Shown: one piece after another, positions 38,014 to 51,629 of the stretch
How the letters are laid out: each line of letters starts with the position of its first letter
Numbering within the stretch: the first letter of the stretch is position 1
Origin: Eledone cirrhosa
Lineage: Eukaryota
Assembly: GCA_964016885.1 (NCBI GenBank)
Contig: OZ024741.1
Span: 223,262,001-223,326,000 of the forward strand
DNA: 64,000 nt
Reading direction: 5' to 3'
Position numbers and translations under genes: made by a program
The notes under the pieces: generated by a model
Databases searched by the model: none
What the model saw: only the letters and a program-made list of their open reading frames with translations
What the model was told of the DNA's origin: nothing

Positions 38014-38436
38014 TTAAGCTGCAGCTATAAACAGGGTGTTGTGTTCCCAGATCTCTAGACTGGAATAGAAATCAACATTGAGTGCAATCTAGACTACAAT
38101 TAATTAGGGACTTCAAGGTGACTTGAGCCTGGGGGTTCTACATGTCAGAGTGCATTCTCCCACACTATTTGGGCTCATAGTGATGTTTGAGTATTGTTTC
38201 TCACATTTATCAGTTCTGTTTGATGTGTCTGTTTGACAAGTCGTACTATTTTACTTGTCTTGGGTTAATAATCTGCTGATAGATATTAGGAACCACTCAC
38301 ACTTTGTGAATGAATGACTAATAGGAGGAAAAGTGCCACTAGTACAAACAAAGGCATTGTGGTAGAATACAACAATGGGAGGAGGATAATAGGAGAGACA
38401 GAGGGAATGTGTGAGAAGGAGACAGAGACAATATTA

Positions 38437-38600
38437 AAGAAAGAAAGAGGATGTGTAAAGAAAGAGAAAAGTAGAGAAAATGAGACCAATAGAAAGAAAG
38501 AGGATGTGTAAAGAAAGAGAAAAGTAGAGAAAATGAGACCAAAAGAAAGAAAGAGAATGTGTAAAGAAAGAAAAGTAGAGAAAATGAGACCAAAAGAAAG
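38437..38600. repeat. ~50-bp purine-rich tandem repeat, 3 copies
   Basis: ATGTGTAAAGAAAG(AG)AAAAGTAGAGAAAATGAGACCAA repeated three times. Confidence 0.85.
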
Positions 38601-39374
38601 AATAAACAATGAGACAAACGGGCAAATAGAAACAGATTTACAGAGGGAGGGATAGTTAGAGAAAGAATGAGACAGAGAGAGATGGAGGAAGAAAGAGTTA
38701 AGGGGGGGAAAGAGAAAGAGAGATAGGGAGGAACATACACAGACAGAATTGGTTATGATTGATGACAGAACAAGCCAACACATGTCTAGTAAAGGATGAA
38801 ACTACAGTGAAATCTACCTCGCTAAAGCAATAGATTATCTTTTTACAGACAGGCTTGAATAATGCAAAGGATTGGTTCACCTGACGGGGATACATGCCCA
38901 TACATCTTTATATTGCTAACACAAAGGGGACTGTTATAAACAAAAGTGACAGAAAAGTCTTTATTAAACAGGATATGTGACTTGGCTAGAAAAAAAATTG
39001 AAACAGAAGTCACTTCCCAGAGTATTTCTCATTGTATTTAATAAATGACACTAAAGCTAAACACAATTCATATATTATGTTATGACAAGCAACTACAAAA
39101 TAATTAATTTAATTTTAGTTTAGTTAATCTGAACAAACTAGTAACTAACTATGCTCTGTACACTAGAACTTGTGTTACACAGGTAAACTGATCTAACTGA
39201 GCAACTAGAATGATGATATAGAAAAGTTTCCATCTAACCGTACCGAAGTATTTGTCATCTGAAGAGGAACATAAAAAATGTCAACATGCTATCTTATTGT
39301 TAAAAAATGATTCAGAAAATAGTTGGTGTAAAATGTATGTATACATATGATCTCTAGATCTGTCAGTTTCAATG

Positions 39375-39810
39375 ATGAGTGGACCAGTTATTCTTCTTCT
39401 TCACCCACCTATTCTTGAGAGGGTCATGGGGGCAGAGTCCTCAAACACTCCTTCCAGTGGGTCCTGTCAGAGTCAACCATCTCCAACTGATCTGGCCGGA
39501 TCCCCAAGTGTGACCAGCCAAGCTCATGGATGTTGTCCAACCATCATGCTCAGAGTCTGCCACTAGGTCTCTTGCCGATTGGTTTTACCAGTAAAATCTG
39601 TCCAGCGATTCTTTCCTAAGACATTCTAAATACATGCCCATAGTATCGGAGTTGTGATCTCTCAATTTGGAGAAGTAGCAGTTCTACCTGGAGTGACTCT
39701 CTGATCTCCGAGTTACGCACTTTATTGAGTAACATTACTCCAAATACCACTTGTATTCGCGATCATATTCTTTCGGTCATTACTAAAAATTAATGACCAT
39801 AGGTCCAGTT
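39375..39810 (-). mobile_element. Rex3/Expander-like RTE-group 3' remnant; short plus-strand piece of the same end at ~48015-48075
   Basis: Minus strand KVRNSEIRESLQVELLLLQIERSQLRYYGHVFRM...GKRPSGR...WLDNIHELGWSHLGI with stops. Confidence 0.75.
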
Positions 39811-40117
39811 ATTCAATCAATGAAATAGCCTGGTCATTAAATTAACGTGTAAGTGGCTGAGCATTCCACAGACACTTATTCCCAGACACAAAATTCACAG
39901 GTAGTTTCAGCATAACACACTAAGTGACATGGCTGGTCATTGAATTACAGGTACCATTCATCTGACAGGCTTCCAAGCAGTTTCCATCTACCAAATTTCC
40001 CCCACAAGGCATGGGTCGACCTAAGGCTATAGTAAATGACATTTACACATGATGCCATGCAGTGGGATTGAACCTAAGATCAAATGATTATGAAGCTAAA
40101 CTCTAAACCATACACAC

Positions 40118-40160
<43 letters not shown>

Positions 40161-42363
40161 CTCCAGACTTTTGCAAACAGTCTCATTAGCCAACAACATA
40201 TCAACCCACCTAGATGATTGTGTTAATATCTGATGATATGTCACACTGGTTCAGGTCACTATTGCAATGATTGAACAACAGCTCCATGCTGGTGTCACAG
40301 AAATACATATAATTAATAAATATGATTATGTAACTTCTGTCTTAATGTGTATTTCATATATATACACACACACACAATATAAAAGGTATCATTCCATTTC
40401 ATTCAGCCATTTTCAACCCAGTGGATGTTGCTGTCTTATCTCTGTAAGTTGTTGAACAATCTGTCCTCCAGACTGGCTAACTGCAGATTGGACAACGTGC
40501 TCCTATAGTCAGGTGATTAACATCGCGTATTAGCCCCCCACCCACCCACACACACAGGGGAATAGTCAAAGACAGGAGATTATATTTCCATAATTTAATA
40601 TTTTAATAATGATGTACATTTTTGTACCTTTTATATTCTAATTAGGTTTAAGTAGATACATAATCCTGGGTATATGGGAAGAACATCTTCAGATGCAAAC
40701 CAGTAAGAAAATTAGGTAAATTTTATCTGCCTGTTCTTCAAACTTATAATTTTATATAGTTCTGATTAATGATTATTTATTTAATTCATTCATTGAGCCA
40801 CATCATTGAAGGTGTGCTACACTCAAATATGTATCTATGCTTATGTTTAAATATATATATGCGTTTCTTCTGACTTTGTTCTAACTCCCTTATGGTTGAG
40901 TAAAATTAGGCTGTAACTAACTGCTTCTTCTAACAATGAATTTACTGGCCACCAATCTACCCTTCACAACACTCCTATCTTGACCACCAGCCATGTGAAA
41001 TTGTTACTGGAAGTGATCACTTTGGAAAAGAATCGGTCCTAACTGAGGGAGACCATGATAAGCTTGAAGCCTCATAGATAATGCAGCGATTACACATTTC
41101 CACAAAGCACAAGTGAAACTGTCGACAGTCGGGGCTAGAGGAATATTGGTAAACATTTATCTATTATTTCTTCAAACTTACGTTTTAAACTTAGCTCCGT
41201 TTAATTGATTGTTTATTTATTTAATTTCTCCGGACTAAGAAGAAAAATTAGGTAAATTTGATCTACCTGTTCTTCAAACTTATAATTTTATATATATAGT
41301 GGTATCCCTGTGCGTAATAAAAGGTGACTAAAAGGGTTGGCACACAAAAAACCCCAAGATAAGTATGAAGTCTATTATAGGTCCCACAGCGCTAACCTCC
41401 ACTTTAGCAAGGGAAAAATGACCTTAAAAGACTTGTGTATATGTGTGTGTATTTATATATATATACATGATGGTGATGATATATATTCATCATCAACATT
41501 GTTTAACATCCACTTTCCATGCTAGCATGGGTTAGGTGACTGTGTCTTGCTCATAAAGATTCTATCTACACTCTTCTTAAGTATAGAGTAGTAAGTTTCA
41601 TAATGATTTCACTGGCCTTAACTAGTAATATCTCTGATGATTTCCTTTGAATGAAACAGTTCTAGAATGTAGAAGCCATTTCTATATTACCGATTGTGTT
41701 GTTATTTCTGTTTACCTTTAACATATATATGTATGGTAAATAATGTTTAATGAAAAACAAAATAATTCTCTATTTTGAAATGATTAATAAATAGCAAGAA
41801 TGATTCATCATTCTTGCTATTTATTCCATTTTAACAATATATTTAAGCTACTTTAGAATTAACTTATAAAAACAATTAAAAGGGTTGAAACGGATATGGC
41901 GACAACTATCGGAGGTATATTTTCACAGCAGTTAAGAACTATTTAAAATGTTATCATGTTAATCTTTATGGAGAAAAAGAAAGAAAAGAAACAGAGCATT
42001 AACAAGAGTTAGAGCAGGACAGAGAAGTTTTAGAAGGCAACTAGGAGAAGAGGAAATGTAATGTATGCATGGTACACACAATTTATTAGGAAAAATTAAC
42101 TCTGCAATTTGTTTCCAAATAGCTTTCAAAATTCTTTTTCTTCTCTATTTTCTTTCTTTCTAAAGAATTCCAAATTATTGCATGCACATCTTTGAAAAAG
42201 GATTCCAAATTTTTTGGAGACAACAGAGGATAATATTTTTTCTTCTTTTTTCTTTTTATAAGTAGGAAGTTGAGTAAGAATGAGTAAGGGCAGCAAACAA
42301 CATTCAACTGAATTATTGTTAATAATTTGTTAAGATTACTTTTTTTAAAAAACATTTCTTCAC

Positions 42364-42591
42364 CTCAGTAACATCTTTTTTATCTTCTGTTGCCTCATCA
42401 CTTGCTTCAGTTGTCTTCTCCCCCTCCTTCACTTTTTCTCCCTCAGCTTCCTTATCTTCTGCTACAGATTCATCATCTTTGTTCTCTTTTTCTTTCCCTT
42501 CATCCAGTTTTTCAGACTCACCATCTTTGGTAAAGCCAGTAAGTAAGTCATCATCAGTGATTTTTTGTTTCACTTGATCATGGAATTCCTT
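42364..42591 (-). CDS. Acidic internal exon (228 nt, 76 aa) KEFHDQVKQKITDDDLLTGF...DKKDVTE
   Basis: Acceptor ttctttattttAG|AAG GAA (NAGNAG), donor GAG|GTgaag, phase 0-0, E/K/D composition matching the other exons. Confidence 0.75.
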
Positions 42592-43438
42592 CTAAAATAA
42601 AGAAATTTGGGGATACTGAATACAAAGGTGTGTCATGAAGAGATGGGAGGGCAGAAAAATCATTAAATCCAATGATTACACACACAGACACATTATATAT
42701 ATAACATACATATCCAATCATGTATTACTCGTTCCAGCCATCTGGCTGAGGCCATGCTGAGGCACCGCCCTTAAAAATAAAATGAGTGCATGAGACAGTG
42801 CCAGTGGTCGATAGGCTTGAAATATAAGCTTTAATATTAGGCATATACGAAGTAACCACATAGCTAAGCCCCCATATATATATGTATATATATACTTTCC
42901 TGATGATTTCCTTCAAACGAAACAGTTCTAGTCTGGAAGAAGCCATTTCTATATTAAACATTCATACTCTGCTATGTATTGAGTACCCTACTTACTGTGG
43001 TTACCCCCAATTGAACCGGGGATACACACACACACACACATATATATATATATTAGAAAATGAGGTTTTTTTACAAAATGAAAAAAAAACGAGATGTCCT
43101 ACATGAGTGAAAGTATAAGGAAAAAAGATGAAATCGAAAATGCAACTGGAGTCTTTTCAAAAGTAGAATTGAGATGGAGGGTTTAACCCTCCATCTCAAT
43201 TCTACTTTTGAAAAGCACAAGAACTGTGAAACCGGTAAAGGAACCAAATAAATATTTTTAAAAAGACTAGTTGCATTTTCGATTTCATCTTTTTTCCTTA
43301 TATATATATATGTGTGTGTGCATGTGCGCTCACTCCAAACTGTTTTTTTTTTTTATTCAATTTGTCTACACAATATAAATATTTTGAGTAGACATATAGA
43401 CTTCTTCATCAGAATACATTTATTGATATATTTTGATA

Positions 43439-43484
<46 letters not shown>

Positions 43485-44423
43485 CGAAGGAAATGTGGTA
43501 AGGAACCAGGTGGACTATAATTGGGGTCCTACTCGTTCCTATATATATATATATATATTTTACTCTTTTACCTGTTCCAGCCAAATTTAAACCATGTGAA
43601 ACTACATTCTGGTACAAGGGCTGAGGATGTAATATGATGTTTGTGTGATTTTGTCTCGTTCATTTTAATTTTCTCCATTTTCTTACTTTGCTCCTCTCTA
43701 CCTATCATTTCTCCAGGGCAATACACTTCTAGCTGTTTATTCTTGTCCTTTGAGGTAAGATTTTACCTGACGCTGTCATTGACAGCATTTTGCTGTTTTG
43801 GCAGCTATTTTTGCATTGAGTTTTCTCATTATTCTATGAATATATATATATATCCAGTTTACTTTTGCAGGATATAGAATAAACATTTTGGAAACTGTTC
43901 TTTCCAAATTTTTTGCAAATTATATTATTAACATGAAATGCAAAATGTTTTCTTAGATTTCTTAACTGTAGAAACCTCAAGAGGATATAAATACAGGTCT
44001 GCGTATCTGTGTATGAGAAGTTTCCAATTTACAAGACAAGATAACTAAATCCACATCCCATTTATTTAAACTAAAAAGCAAAATGTCAAGTGTAGATTAA
44101 TATATATATATATACATATATAAACTGAATAAAATAAGAATAAAAATAAACAGTATTATTATGAAAAAAGGAAAATGAAATATAGAGATAAGACATTTTC
44201 CAGACACCTTTAATAAATAACAAAAAAATAACAAAAAAACTAAAAAATAACAAAAAAACTAAAAAATAACAAAAAAAATAACAAAAAAAACTAAAAAATA
44301 ATATCGACATTTTACAATAACAATATCAAACACGCAAATTAAAAAACCCAAATGATAAAATATCATATAACAAAAGAAGTTCCTTCGAAACAATTTCATT
44401 AAAGAATCTCATATTTTTAATGA

Positions 44424-44551
44424 TCAGGGCTGTATTATTCATATGGCTGACAAAAACAGGTTTTTAAAGGACTAGAGGCCCAACAATCTTAAAAGATTTA
44501 AGTGCCAGAGGAGGCTCACCTAAAATACCTAAATGGGTTAATATGGCCCCG
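44424..44551. mobile_element. Possible hAT-type MITE
   Basis: CAGGGCTGTATTA ... TAATATGGCCCCG imperfect TIRs; 8-bp flanks only partly match (TTAATGAT/GTGATGAC). Confidence 0.4.
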
Positions 44552-45405
44552 GTGATGACTGTTTTACATGTTCAAATTATGCTACACCATAGACAAATCT
44601 CAAGATGAACTATACCACAGTATGTGAATTCATTTTGTATATTTTGATCAGAGGCATTAAGTCATTTATGTATTAAGATCAAGATAATTTCTCCATTTGC
44701 ATGTAAAGTGCATCGCACAAGCTTCACTGAGAGGACGAGTGCCTCAGTTTTTGCTGCACTGATTTTCATTCCATCCATGCAACACTTCACATCAAATCTA
44801 TCAAGTGCAAGTCAGAGATCACCTTCTGTCAAGTTAAGTAATAACAAAACACACCATGTGTCAAAATGGTGCACCAACTCCACTAGGAGTTAAGGGCTTT
44901 TTACCTTTACCACACTTTCCCTAGATGAAAGGAATTATTTTAAGAAACGATAATTAAATCAACCCTAGTGTCTTACTGGTAGTCATTTTATGGTTTCTTG
45001 AATAAGACAAATCCGATTTGAACTCAGAATGTTAAAACATTGACATAGATACTTTAGAAAAGCAGCTAGTCTTGTTCTGAACTCACAATTTCATCAGGAT
45101 CCAGCTATACTAAGAGGCATCAGAATTTGGAACTAAGATGATGACAAGGTCAAATCTTCTCAAACAATCAGTTATGCTACAAACCAAATATAAGAGCAAT
45201 TGGGGGTGAAGAATTTGGATGGTTAAAGCATGAAATATCTAACCCAAAGTCTATAAGTTGTGGTGTTAATAGTGATATACTGAACTACTACTGTTATTAG
45301 TGCATTTATAACATGCACAAGTGCTTATATAATATCCAAGCTTATTTGTGTGAAAGTTTGAAAAAGTACTCTCCAGTGTACACTAGTATAATCTACACCA
45401 TGCGT

Positions 45406-45700
45406 ATACAGAGTAACTAAAAAGAAAATGGCGCAACTCACATTTTGTGCCATTGTATATTAACGGCAGATACATCTGAGAAGACAACAAGACCTCAATG
45501 GGAGCTCCAGCACCAGATCTTTTGTGTGAAACATTAATATAAGTGTGGTTTGTACAAGCAGGTTCAGGAGCAATTTCATGCATTTTTTTGGAACAGACAA
45601 ATCTTCCTTCAAAGACAATATACAAAACTGGGTGAAGAAGTTTGAAACCTATGGAACAGTGGAAACCCTCAATACAATGTCCGAGGACCACCCTACTCAC
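45406..45700 (+). mobile_element. 5' remnant of a mariner-like transposon (N-terminal HTH)
   Basis: TA|CAG start; VQEQFHAFFGTDKSSFKDNIQNWVKKFETYGTV matches the DUF4817-type transposase N-terminus pattern; truncated by a SINE. Confidence 0.6.
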
Positions 45701-48234
45701 TTTATTTCATATTGCTCCAGTTCACTCAGCTGGCAAAAATGAGTTGTACCTATAATTCAAAGGGCCAGCTTTGTCACTCATTGTGTCATGCTGAATCTCC
45801 CTGAGAATTATGTCTGTGGAATGCTCCGTCACTTGTACATTAATTCCACGAGTAGGAAGTTCCATCGATTGTATCAAGTGGAACCCTCATTGTTGGAACC
45901 TATGGAAGGCTAAGACATAACCCTGAATATTGTATTATGTTCTTAAAGAAGTCACATTCCTCAGCCAATTTTCACCAAATTAGACTGGGAGGGGAAGGAT
46001 ATGTACAGGACCCCTACTTCTACTTTATAGCCAAGTGATTAATTTCATGAGATATCCAGCAACTAAGTAAATAAATAAATAAATAACAAAACCTTCAATG
46101 TCCAATAAAAATGTATGAACTAGCAAAGCCAACCAATGTATGCAAACATCATTAAAAAAGAATGTGAATACACATACATGCCAGCAAGGAAAATGGATGT
46201 ATGATGATGATGGTGGTGGTGGAGGTGGTTGTGGCGGTGGCGGTGGTGATGGTGGTCGTTGTAGAATGCACACACACAAACACAGTAAAACGAACCAATT
46301 TATTTTTATGAAGTCACAAAATATAGATGATAATCATCATCGTTTCTCATGTGAAAATAAGATAAAAATATATTTTTGAATTCTTTATCAGAACCTTATG
46401 GACTAACGAACAAAAAATTTTATAAAACCTTATTAATTTTTCAGAATGTACTCTTAAGAAACTTTCAAAATGTTAATTATAGATTTGTATTTATGTTCAA
46501 GTTTTTTTCCTTCCTCTATCACAGCTGCTATAACTGCATTAACCATTACTAGCACACACACACACACACTTATTACAATAACCAACACCATAATGTTTTC
46601 TATCCACCATAACTATACATATACACACATTACCAGTACAACTACTATTCCAAGCAAGTCACACTTGATGAACTTAATGTAATTCCTGAAATATGAAAGA
46701 GCTCAATTTTCAGGTGCGTTAAGTAGAGATAATACACCTTGTTATCATCTTTGTAGATATATCTTGCACATTGCAGAGAAGATTCTGGCAACACAGTTAC
46801 AGATAACACCAACTTTTTAAAACATCTCTCTCACGCTAGTTTCTTTTCTGTGTATTTTCTTGGCTGTGTGTGTTGGATCTCTGTCGTTTACAACAATGAG
46901 TGCTCCCAATAATACAATCAATGGAACTGTCTGCTCATGAAATTAACATGTAAGTGGCTGAGGATTTCAAAGACATATACAATCTTAATGTAGTTCAGTT
47001 CTCAGGGAGATTCAGCATGACACAATATATGACAAGGTTGAGCCTTTGAATTGCAGGTACAACACATTTCTACTAGCTGAGTGAACTGGAGAAACATGAT
47101 ATAAAGGGTCATGCTCTAGAAGAGAACATGCTCCTGGACTGAGAATTTAACTCACAACCTTACGATCATGTGTCAAACATCCATACCACTAAGACACAAG
47201 CTTTCATTTTTCTTGGTTATATCAGTAGTAGCACAGATGAGAATTCAGTTTTATCTATTTCCATAGAAGTGTTATTTAACAGCTTTAAAGATACTAGGCT
47301 GCAACATCAAGAATCTTAAGTTCTAATCCAATGCATATTCTTTTACTGGTGGCCATGCTGAGGCACCACCAGGAAGGGATTTAATCTATCATATTGACCC
47401 CCAGCACTTATTTTTTCAAACATGGTACTTATCTTATCACTTTTTTGGTCAAATTGCTAAGTAATGGGACAAAAATAGATGTAAACACATACACCACACA
47501 CGTGAGTATGTGGTTGGTAATAGGAAGAGCACCCATCCATAGAAAACCTTTCAAACAAAGTGTTGGTGCTACAATAAAATGCTCTTGGTAGAGTGTGGGA
47601 TCATATGTTGGTCCATCTGGAGGTCAGTGGCTTTGCTTGAGTATTGACTGGTCTGTGACAACTTATTCAACCCTTGCTAGCAGGGAAAACAAACTTTAAA
47701 TGATGAAAAATTATTTTATATACATATGATGGGCTTTCACACAGTTTCTATCAACAAAATTTCACTCACAAGGCATTGATCAAACTGAAGTTATAATGTA
47801 AGGTATTTTCTCAAGCAAAGTGAAGCAAACACTTTAACCACACAGCTATGCCTGCACCTATGGAGACATATTTTCTTCTTTATTGCTTTAGTTAACATAG
47901 CCAATGAAAATAAGTACCAGAATATAGGGGAAAGTAACTTACTTACAAGAGACTGCATCCTTTCCAGAAGAAACTAGTCTCTTGCCCACTTAATTCTTCA
48001 GAAAAAGTTCAATATGGAAGGTATGCTTGAGGACTCTGCCCCAATGACCCTCCCAGGAATAGGTGGGCAAAGTAAAAGAAGATCATCATTGTTTAACATT
48101 GCTTTTCCTGTTAGAAAGGGTTGGGTGGGTCACCAACAGACCAGGTTGGTATTCAAGCAGAGGTATAAACCCTACAAATTTTTACCTCTTTCTCTGACAG
48201 AAAAAAGGGGCTGGTTCATGTTCGAGTATATACA

Positions 48235-48275
<41 letters not shown>

Positions 48276-48300
48276 TATGTATACAGATATACATACATAC

Positions 48301-48341
<41 letters not shown>

Positions 48342-48367
48342 CATACATATATACATACACATATATA

Positions 48368-48818
48368 TCATCATTTCATTTTACGTCCGCTTTTCCCTGC
48401 TTGCAAGGGTGGTAACGGGAACTGATTCTGGCTTGATTTCTACAGCTGGATGCCCTTCCTAACACCAACCTCATTTACAGTGAGTGCTGGGTGCTTTTTT
48501 TCCGTGGCGCCTACACGTCCACTTTACGGTGTGGACTGGGTGCTTTTTTTCCGTGGCGCCTACACGTCCACTTTACGGTGTGGACTGGGTGCTTTTTTGC
48601 CGTGGCACCTCCGCAACCACTTTGCAGTGGACTCAGCTGTAGAAATGAGATGATAGGGACTGGGGTCCCTATCATCTCATTTCTACAGCTGAGTAAACTG
48701 GAGCAATATGAAATAAAGTGTCTTGCTCAAGGAAACAACACATCACCCGGTCTGAGAATTGAACTCACAACCTTTCGATTGCAAGGCCAATGCTCTAACC
48801 ACTAAGCCATGTGTCTCC
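48368..48818 (-). mobile_element. Full-length CORE/RTE-tail SINE with expanded 40-bp units and an internal perfect palindrome
   Basis: Highly similar to 17399-17741; GGGTGCTTTTTTCCGTGGCGCCTACACGTCCACTTTACGGTGTGGACT unit repeated. Confidence 0.88.
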
Positions 48819-48838
48819 ATATATATATATACACACAT

Positions 48839-48883
<45 letters not shown>

Positions 48884-49086
48884 TATATATATATACACAC
48901 ACACACATATATATATATATATACACACACACATAGACACACACACACACACACATATAGACACACACACATATAGACACACACACATATATATATACAT
49001 ACACACATATATATACACACACATATATATATATATACATACACATATATATACACACAGACACACACACATATATATATATATAT

Positions 49087-49127
<41 letters not shown>

Positions 49128-49256
49128 CATATATATATATACATACATACATATATACATATACACACACACATATATATATATATACATACATACACAC
49201 ATATATATACACACACATATATATATATACACACACACATATATATATACACACAG

Positions 49257-49338
<82 letters not shown>

Positions 49339-49356
49339 GCACATATATATATATAC
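48819..49356. repeat. (TA)n/(CA)n compound microsatellite
   Basis: Direct reading. Confidence 0.95.
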
Positions 49357-50118
49357 TGTATGCTATAGTGAAATGACTATTTGGCACAGTGAATACAATT
49401 GGTGTATATATCTGTGTGCATGAAAATATATATACACACACAATGAATATACTCACAGTATATATATATATGTATGTGTGTGTCTGTATGTGTGACACTC
49501 CCCACCCACTGCTGCAATTCCTGGAACTGTCACACATCTGATAAGTTTTCTTGTTCATAATGTTTTTTTCTATCAATTGATAATGTTCTTGTTACAACAT
49601 TCTTGTTCAAATAACTTGATAGTGTTTGCTATTTTAATTCTTTTTTTTTTATTATTAATATTTCCTTCTCCCTATAGAGAACAATTTTGTGCTTTGAAGA
49701 TAAAAATGTTATTTTTAACAACAACTACAATACTATTAACAAGCATTTTAGCATTATGTATTAAAGAATATATAATATTTATCTATTATAGAAACTGCAA
49801 AATTTCTTGGAATGTAAAAAAAAAAAGAGAAAATAATAGCAGTGATAATAATTGCAATAATAATAATAATAATAATAATGATGATTTTTATGGTTGCATT
49901 CTTTAAATTATTTTCAAATTAAAAAAAATTATGAAGGAGCATAATAATTCATTTTTTTTTTTTAGAAGTTTGTTTGAACTAAGTTAGAAAATAATGCATA
50001 AAGTAAGCACCATAATTTATCCAGAATAATCCAGAATGTAAAGAAAGGGAAAATAAATGCAACTGTGTTATATTATAAACCAACTTTGAAATTGTAAAGT
50101 TGCCAATAAAGAATGCAC

Positions 50119-50189
<71 letters not shown>

Positions 50190-50407
50190 TAAAAAAGGAA
50201 ACAAGTAGATTAAGAGATGAAAATTTGGAGAAAGATATAGGATATCAAATATAAGAAATAACAAAACAAAAAAATGGAGGAGTAAGATATAAATATAATT
50301 ACTAAAATGTATTTCTGAGCTGAGCTGATAAAAATAAAATAAAAACAAAGCATTTTATGGTAAGGGTAGAAAATGGTGAGCATTATAGCAGAAATGATGA
50401 TGCTGAT

Positions 50408-50605
50408 TATGATGATGGTTTCTAATTTAGGCACAAGGCCAGCAACTTGGGGAGGTGGAGTAATTATATCAGCCCTAGTACAGAACTGGTACTTTATTAC
50501 GTACCCCCTCCCTCCCTGGGAAAGATGAACAGCAAAGTTGGCCTCAGCAGGATTTAAACTCAGAATGTAAAGAGTCAGAAAAATTACTGCAAAGTATTTT
50601 GTCAG
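50408..50605 (-). mobile_element. Older SINE-B
   Basis: GTTTCTAATTTAGGCACAAGGCCAGCAA...CTGGTACTTTATT...CAAAGTTGGCCTC...AACTCAGAATG. Confidence 0.75.
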
Positions 50606-51629
50606 ACTATTACTTTTTGTTACTATGATAATTATTTATAAGTTGTAATGTGAGAGTAGAGTGTGCGCCATAAGGCTATCAGGTGTACCAATGTATAAAA
50701 CACATTTAAATATGACAGTTCATATGGAAACTGTTTGACCAAAAGACAAGGTCATAAGTAAACTAGAAGTCTGTCATGTGTTTCAAGGTGGAGGAAGGCA
50801 TTCTGTCAGTTACGATGACGAGTGTTTCAGTTGATCCGATCAATGGAACAGCCTGCTCGAGAAATTAACGTGCAAGTGGCTGATCATTTCATAAAAACAT
50901 GCATAGCCTTAACATAGTTCTCAGGGAGATTCGGCGTGACACAGAATGTGATAAGGCTGGCCCTTCGAATTACAAGTACAACTCATTTTTGCCAGCTGAG
51001 TGAACTGGAGCAAAATGAAATAAAATGTCTTGCTCAAGGACTCAGCATGCTGCTAAGAATTGAACTCATGACCTTACGATTGTGAGCCGAATTCCTTAAC
51101 CACAAAGCCACGCACCTTCACGTGTTCCAATGTAATGCATATTTAAATGGTGTATTAGTTTATATGGAATCTGTTTGACCAATAGACATGGTCTAAGATA
51201 TTGGTATAAAGTGGAAGGATGAATGAACGGCATGGGATAGTAGAGTCAGTGTTGCTATAACATAATGTCAACACAGCCAGCATGGTCAAATGATTAAGTT
51301 TACTTCATAATCATGAACATCCAAGTTCAATCCCACTGTATGGCATCTTAACATATGTTGTTGTTTTTTTTAATATATCATAGCATTGAGTTGACCCAAG
51401 TCTTGTGAAAACTGTTTGGATAGCATTCAGGTGGTGTCTATAATTCATATGGTTAGCCATGTCACATTGAATCTCCTTAAGAGTACACACATCTGCAGAA
51501 TATTCAGTTACTGATATGTTTATTTAATATTGAGGAGGTCAATCCATTGACCAAACAAGTAGAAAACATTGTCAAAACCAATGGGGATGAATTTCTTTAG
51601 CATAGTAAATTAATTACCATTAACTTTAG

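Noticed and set aside
43572-43833. Exon-like minus-strand segment (SKDKNKQLEVYCPGEMIGREEQSKK)
   Set aside because: The available AG/GT pairs give 67 or 262 nt, neither frame-preserving, and the longer one has stops in all frames.
48743-49576. Long YI/CV/HT-rich ORFs (also at 24.0-24.4 kb and 63.4-63.8 kb)
   Set aside because: They are translations of dinucleotide microsatellites.
49536-49628. 93-nt open segment QTLSSYLNKNVV...ENLSD
   Set aside because: The acceptor lacks a pyrimidine tract and the donor (GTGTGA) is weak.
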